A DNA stretch of 64,000 nt from Alphaproteobacteria bacterium. Its GTDB lineage: Bacteria; Pseudomonadota; Alphaproteobacteria; UBA828. Made by a program: the position numbers and the translations under genes. The DNA is taken from NCBI GenBank assembly GCA_963422645.2, contig CAXXVO010000017.1, positions 234,553-298,552 on the forward strand, written 5' to 3'. Below, in pieces: positions 58,965 through 64,000 of this stretch (within the stretch, counting starts at the first letter, position 1; every line of letters starts with the position of its first letter). Below the pieces are notes generated by a model. The model did no database searches. It worked only from the letters and a program-made list of their open reading frames with translations, and had not been told where the DNA came from.

Positions 58965-60038
58965 ATGGCAGAGCTTGCCTTGCATGGCGTCTCGAAGCGC
59001 TTCGGCGAGGTGCTCGCCGTCGACGGCGTCGATCTGGCGATCGCGCACGGCGAGTTCGTGGTCCTCGTCGGCCCCTCGGGGTGCGGCAAGACCACCACGC
59101 TGCGGATGATCTCAGGCCTGGAGAGCGTGAGCGCCGGGCGCATCCTGATCGGCGGGCACGACGTGACGGACGTCGCGCCTGCGCGGCGCGGGGTGGCGAT
59201 GGTGTTCCAGTCCTACGCGCTCTTTCCCCACATGACGGCGGCGCAGAACATCGGCTTCGGGCTGCGGCTGGCCAAGGTGCCGAAGGCCGAGATCGCCCGG
59301 CGCGTGACCGAGGTTGCCGCGACGCTTCAGATCGAGGCGTTGCTCGGGCGCTACCCGCGCGAGCTCTCCGGCGGGCAACGCCAGCGCGTGGCCATCGGGC
59401 GGTCCATCATCCGCGACCCGCAGATCTTCCTCTTCGACGAGCCCCTCTCCAACCTCGACGCCGCGCTCCGGGTGCGGATGCGCCTGGAGATCGCGCGGCT
59501 TCGCGACCGGCTCGATGCCACCATGGTCTACGTCACCCACGACCAGACCGAGGCCATGACGCTGGCCGACCGGATCGTGGTGTTCGACCATGGGCGGATC
59601 GAGCAGGTCGGCGCGCCGGAGGAGCTCTACGATGCGCCTGCCAACCGGTTCGTGGCCGGATTCATCGGCGCGCCTGCGATGAACTTCATCGATGCCGCGA
59701 TCGAAGCGGCCGAGGGAGGAGAGCCGCAGGTGCGGTTCGGCCCGGTGTCGCTGCCGGCCGGGCGTCTGCGCGATGCGGCGCCGGGGCCGATTACGTTGGG
59801 CGTTCGTCCGGAGCACCTCTACATCGCGCCTGCGGCCGAGGCGGACTTCCGCGGGCGGGTCGAGATTGTCGAGAAGCTGGGCGGTGAGTCGCTGGCCTAT
59901 CTGCAGACGGAGTTCACGGCCGAGCCGATCACGATCAAGCTCTCCGAAGAAGCGCTCGTCCGGCCCGGAGACGAGGTTCCGGTCCGGGTGGGACGGGAAC
60001 GCTTCCACCTCTTCGGAGAGACGGGAGCCGTTCTTTAG
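58965..60038 (+). CDS. Carbohydrate ABC transporter ATPase (MalK/UgpC-like)
   Basis: GPSGCGKTT, LSGGQRQR, FDEPLSNLD, YVTHDQ; TOBE-like C-terminus. Confidence 0.95.
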   Translation: MAELALHGVSKRFGEVLAVDGVDLAIAHGEFVVLVGPSGCGKTTTLRMISGLESVSAGRILIGGHDVTDVAPARRGVAMVFQSYALFPHMTAAQNIGFGLRLAKVPKAEIARRVTEVAATLQIEALLGRYPRELSGGQRQRVAIGRSIIRDPQIFLFDEPLSNLDAALRVRMRLEIARLRDRLDATMVYVTHDQTEAMTLADRIVVFDHGRIEQVGAPEELYDAPANRFVAGFIGAPAMNFIDAAIEAAEGGEPQVRFGPVSLPAGRLRDAAPGPITLGVRPEHLYIAPAAEADFRGRVEIVEKLGGESLAYLQTEFTAEPITIKLSEEALVRPGDEVPVRVGRERFHLFGETGAVL

Positions 60039-60105
60039 AGTCTTGTTTCTGAGGTTTGCAAGACTTCGGGTCGGCCGGGCGGTTCTCCCAGCCCAGGCCT
60101 CTCAA

Positions 60106-60137
60106 CCGTCATACCCGGACTTGATCCGTGCACCCCA
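60106..60137 (+). repeat. Degenerate alphaproteobacterial palindromic repeat
   Basis: CCGTCATACCCGGACTTGATCCGTGCACCCC resembles the GTCATGCCCGGGCTTGACCCGGGCATCC class; single copy in this window. Confidence 0.45.
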
Positions 60138-60268
60138 TCGTGTTCGGTCAGACTTGGGTGCCCTCGTGGATGCTGTCGGACTTTCTGCAACCGTTGGCTT
60201 AGTCGTTTGGAGAGTGTAACAAAGACCCAGCAGGCGTCGGGCTGAAGCATCTACCAGAGGGAACTACT

Positions 60269-60354
60269 ATGACAAGAACACTAATCGCAACAGCGCTGCT
60301 GATCTCAACCGCTTATGCGACCGCGGTGGCATCGGAGCCAGTCCATGTTAGCTT
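60269..60354 (+). pseudogene. 5' stub of a secreted protein gene truncated by the element
   Basis: GAGGG RBS; MTRTLIATALLISTAYATAVA-SEPVHVS signal peptide ends at the TIR. Confidence 0.55.
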
Positions 60355-62712
60355 CAGACTTCCTGACCTCTGCTGATTTTAGGTGACACGAGCCGCGCGG
60401 ATTCCGAGGCCCCGTCGATGTCGTAGACTATGCGCAGACGGGTGCCGGGGAAGACCGTTTCGGTGGCGTTCAGGTCGCTCAGAACCGCATCGATCCAACG
60501 GTCGCAGGCGTCGTTTGCGAGGCCAAGAATGTGGACCCGCAGGAGGCCATTGCCAGGATCCGGCAGGATGTCGGCATCGGCGGTGAGCAGCGCTTGAAGC
60601 AGTTTCCGGGGATGGGGCTTGTGGCCCTGCGCCTGCATGACGGGAAGCATCATGCGGGTTTCGGCGCGGTAGGCGATCATCCGGATGACGTCGAGGAGGA
60701 GGCGCTCGCGCGCGGGCAAGGCATCGAGCTGCTCGGCTTCGTCGAGGTCGCCGGCCCGGCAGTGCTTGGGCGTCTCCCTGCGGCTGGCCCTGACGATGTC
60801 GCGGACATCCTGGAGGTCCCTGACTTCCCTCCTGAGTTCCGCCGTCGGCTGCTTCTTCCGGGCCGTGTCGGCGATGCGGTTGCGCAGGCGGCCAAGCTGG
60901 CGGTCGAGGCGATGGATTGCCTTGTCATAGGCCCGCCGCAGCGGGTTGACGACCATGGCGGCGGGATCGAGAGGCTCGAGCTCGTGGGTCGGCAGGGCGT
61001 CGAGATTGAACTCGTCACGCATGTACTTGAAGAAGTTCTCCTGCGACCAGCGCGAGAACATGGCGCCCGCAACCTCAGCCATCGGCTTGTGCGGATCGGT
61101 GGTGATCAGCGGCACCTGACGGCCGTTGTCGAGCAGGCGGCGGATCTGGCGCACCCTGAAGCCGTTCGGCAACGTCACCGGCTTCTCAGCCAGCCGCATG
61201 GTGGCGCTGCCGTCCGCCGCCGGTCCGTGAATGGGAACGGTCATCGCGCCGAAGTCCTCGGCCGGCCAGTCCTCGCCCCTGAAGTTCTTGTGCCAGGTCA
61301 GGCAGGCGACGCCGCGCCTCGCCAGCCGGCGGAACAGATCCGGGCTCCAGCCCTCGCGGTCGAAGACCAGGGTGAGCGCCGGCTGGCCGGGATGCTCGGC
61401 GGTCAGGTCCGGCGCCCCGGCGCCAACGATCCCAAGCTCCTGCAGCGCCGGCACCACGTCGGCTTCGATGGCCGCGACCATCTTCGGGTCCAGCGGCTTG
61501 TGCAGACAGAGCAGCGGCTTGCCGCCCAGAGCGTTGATCCAGTAGCTGGCGCTCGCCGGCAGGCACAGCTTCTCGCGCGAGACGAAGTGCTTGGGCAAGC
61601 GCCCCTTGCGGCCGGAGTAGACCTTGACGTGCCCGTCGATGGCCAGCGTCGCCCAGAGCTCCGGCTCGTCGGCCTTGCCAGCGCCTGGCAAGGGCGAGCT
61701 GCCACGCCCGCACGCCGGCCTCGTCGTCGGCGATGAGAGCGATCTTGCGGCGCAGCGTCTTGACCTCGGGGCAGCGATCGAGGCCGAGAATGGCGCCCCA
61801 TTCGCCCGGCGCCTGGTAGCGCAGGCTCTCGGGGTTGCGCACCCGCGCCAAGGTCATGAAGGCCAGGAAGAGCAGGATCGTAGGCAAGCCGTAATAGCCC
61901 TTCGGCAGCAATGGCAGGAGACCGGTCTCGGAGAGAAGACCTTCCTTCAGCAGGGCCGGCAGGGCGGCGAGCACGCCGCCGAAGCGGACACCGCGGGCGG
62001 CGGCGGCGAACTGCGGTTCGACCGGCCCCGCCTGTCCACAACTGGCCAGAACCCGAGCCGGAACATCGCAAGTCGCACGCCCCATCGGCGCCTGCCGGTC
62101 CCGCCGATCGCGCGCGCTGCGATCCGTTTGCGGCTGCGCTTCCAGCCCCGGCGCCGTCTCCGGCCCCGGGGCACCGGTACTCTCTTCATCGACACGGCCT
62201 TCAGGAGCCGCACCCGCGTCAGGCGGCGCAGCCAGCGCTGAGCGTCCGGGCTCCCCATCCGCCTCCGTGTTGCCGATCAGTCCCTGACGGCGCCACTTGT
62301 TGACCGATGGCGCTGACACGCCGAGAACCCGGGCCGCCGCAGAGCCGCTCAGGCCCGATGCCAGCAACGCCGTCGCCTTCTCCGCCAACTCCGGAGTGAA
62401 CACCGACGGCCCGCGACCGCGCCGGGGCTTCATGAACCCCGCTTCGCCCTCGGCCAGGTAGCGCCGTCGTGCGCGCTGCACCGTCGCGCGCGAGACAGCG
62501 AAAGCGTCAGCCAGTTCCTGCGGCGAGACCGCGCTGATCGCCGCGAGGCGGCCGATCCGCAAGAGCATGGCCGTGCGGTCATCGGCGGCGTGGCTGTCAA
62601 AGGGAATGAGGTTGGAAAAGTAGGTGAAGGTGTCGTCCGAGATCAGGACGGCGAAGCAGCTGTTGCCGATCGAGACCGCCTCTGGAGGGCACATTGGGAG
62701 GGTACTGGGCAT
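60354..62712 (-). pseudogene. Large HTH + DDE putative transposase with a frameshift near 61675
   Basis: ORF 61186-62712 (two HTHs, GLDRCPEVKTLRRK) and ORF 60354-61691 (IDGH, VFDREG, RWSQENFFKY) join at ...RW-Q-ADEPE if one base is removed. Confidence 0.8.
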
Positions 62713-62866
62713 GGTTGAGACCGTGCAATTGGTATCAAATTATACTATCAGACCTCGGGCGCGACACCCAGCGAAAAACCGCCTGAAACAACCGAAATGT
62801 ATCAGAATTCAAGGAGTTCCCGGCACGCTGCCCAGAACAGCCAGCATCACGAGGTCAGGAAGTCTG
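60355..62866 (-). mobile_element. Unclassified IS-like element, about 2.5 kb, copy 1
   Basis: Perfect TIR CAGACTTCCTGACCTC (60355-60370) / GAGGTCAGGAAGTCTG (62851-62866), extendable by one T/A; encloses a transposase gene. Confidence 0.88.
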
Positions 62867-64000
62867 AGACTATGCGCAGACGGGTGCCGGGGAAGACCGT
62901 TTCGGTGGCGTTCAGGTCGCTCAGAACCGCATCGATCCAACGGTCGCAGGCGTCGTTTGCGAGGCCAAGAATGTGGACCCGCAGGAGGCCATTGCCAGGA
63001 TCCGGCAGGATGTCGGCATCGGCGGTGAGCAGCGCTTGAAGCAGTTTCCGGGGATGGGGCTTGTGGCCCTGCGCCTGCATGACGGGAAGCATCATGCGGG
63101 TTTCGGCGCGGTAGGCGATCATCCGGATGACGTCGAGGAGGAGGCGCTCGCGCGCGGGCAAGGCATCGAGCTGCTCGGCTTCGTCGAGGTCGCCGGCCCG
63201 GCAGTGCTTGGGCGTCTCCCTGCGGCTGGCCCTGACGATGTCGCGGACATCCTGGAGGTCCCTGACTTCCCTCCTGAGTTCCGCCGTCGGCTGCTTCTTC
63301 CGGGCCGTGTCGGCGATGCGGTTGCGCAGGCGGCCAAGCTGGCGGTCGAGGCGATGGATTGCCTTGTCATAGGCCCGCCGCAGCGGGTTGACGACCATGG
63401 CGGCGGGATCGAGAGGCTCGAGCTCGTGGGTCGGCAGGGCGTCGAGATTGAACTCGTCACGCATGTACTTGAAGAAGTTCTCCTGCGACCAGCGCGAGAA
63501 CATGGCGCCCGCAACCTCAGCCATCGGCTTGTGCGGATCGGTGGTGATCAGCGGCACCTGACGGCCGTTGTCGAGCAGGCGGCGGATCTGGCGCACCCTG
63601 AAGCCGTTCGGCAACGTCACCGGCTTCTCAGCCAGCCGCATGGTGGCGCTGCCGTCCGCCGCCGGTCCGTGAATGGGAACGGTCATCGCGCCGAAGTCCT
63701 CGGCCGGCCAGTCCTCGCCCCTGAAGTTCTTGTGCCAGGTCAGGCAGGCGACGCCGCGCCTCGCCAGCCGGCGGAACAGATCCGGGCTCCAGCCCTCGCG
63801 GTCGAAGACCAGGGTGAGCGCCGGCTGGCCGGGATGCTCGGCGGTCAGGTCCGGCGCCCCGGCGCCAACGATCCCAAGCTCCTGCAGCGCCGGCACCACG
63901 TCGGCTTCGATGGCCGCGACCATCTTCGGGTCCAGCGGCTTGTGCAGACAGAGCAGCGGCTTGCCGCCCAGAGCGTTGATCCAGTAGCTAGCGCTCGCCG
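62867..64000 (-). mobile_element. Second copy of the same element, lacking its terminal 70 bp (runs off the window)
   Basis: Matches 60425 onward at offset 2442; one SNP seen (61548 G vs 63990 A). Confidence 0.9.

Overview
High-GC alphaproteobacterial (Rhodospirillales-like) chromosomal segment. Most of it is housekeeping: addAB-murU-amgK-tsaE-ahcY, a PTS(Ntr)/HPrK/RapZ cluster, phasin, purN, hdaA-ppk-ppx, rsmI-yraN-BON-gshB, a DEAD-box helicase and three tRNAs. It also has two amide/N-heterocycle catabolic clusters and a sugar ABC transporter. Three mobile elements have ends readable from the sequence. (1) An IS66/ISBst12-type IS at 12970-14857 with an 8-bp TSD. (2) A 4,539-bp transposase-less, Mu-like mini-prophage at 46157-50695, with TGTAG...CTACA ends, a 5-bp TSD and repeated end-binding sites. 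It splits an amidohydrolase gene and carries portal, gpF-like, truncated terminase, tail-like and 2OG-Fe(II) oxygenase genes in a divergent layout. (3) A 2.5-kb element with 16-bp TIRs encoding an atypical HTH-DDE transposase at 60355-62866, abutting a second, end-truncated copy. The mini-Mu-like element is the most interesting object. All calls come from reading the sequence; no database searches were run.
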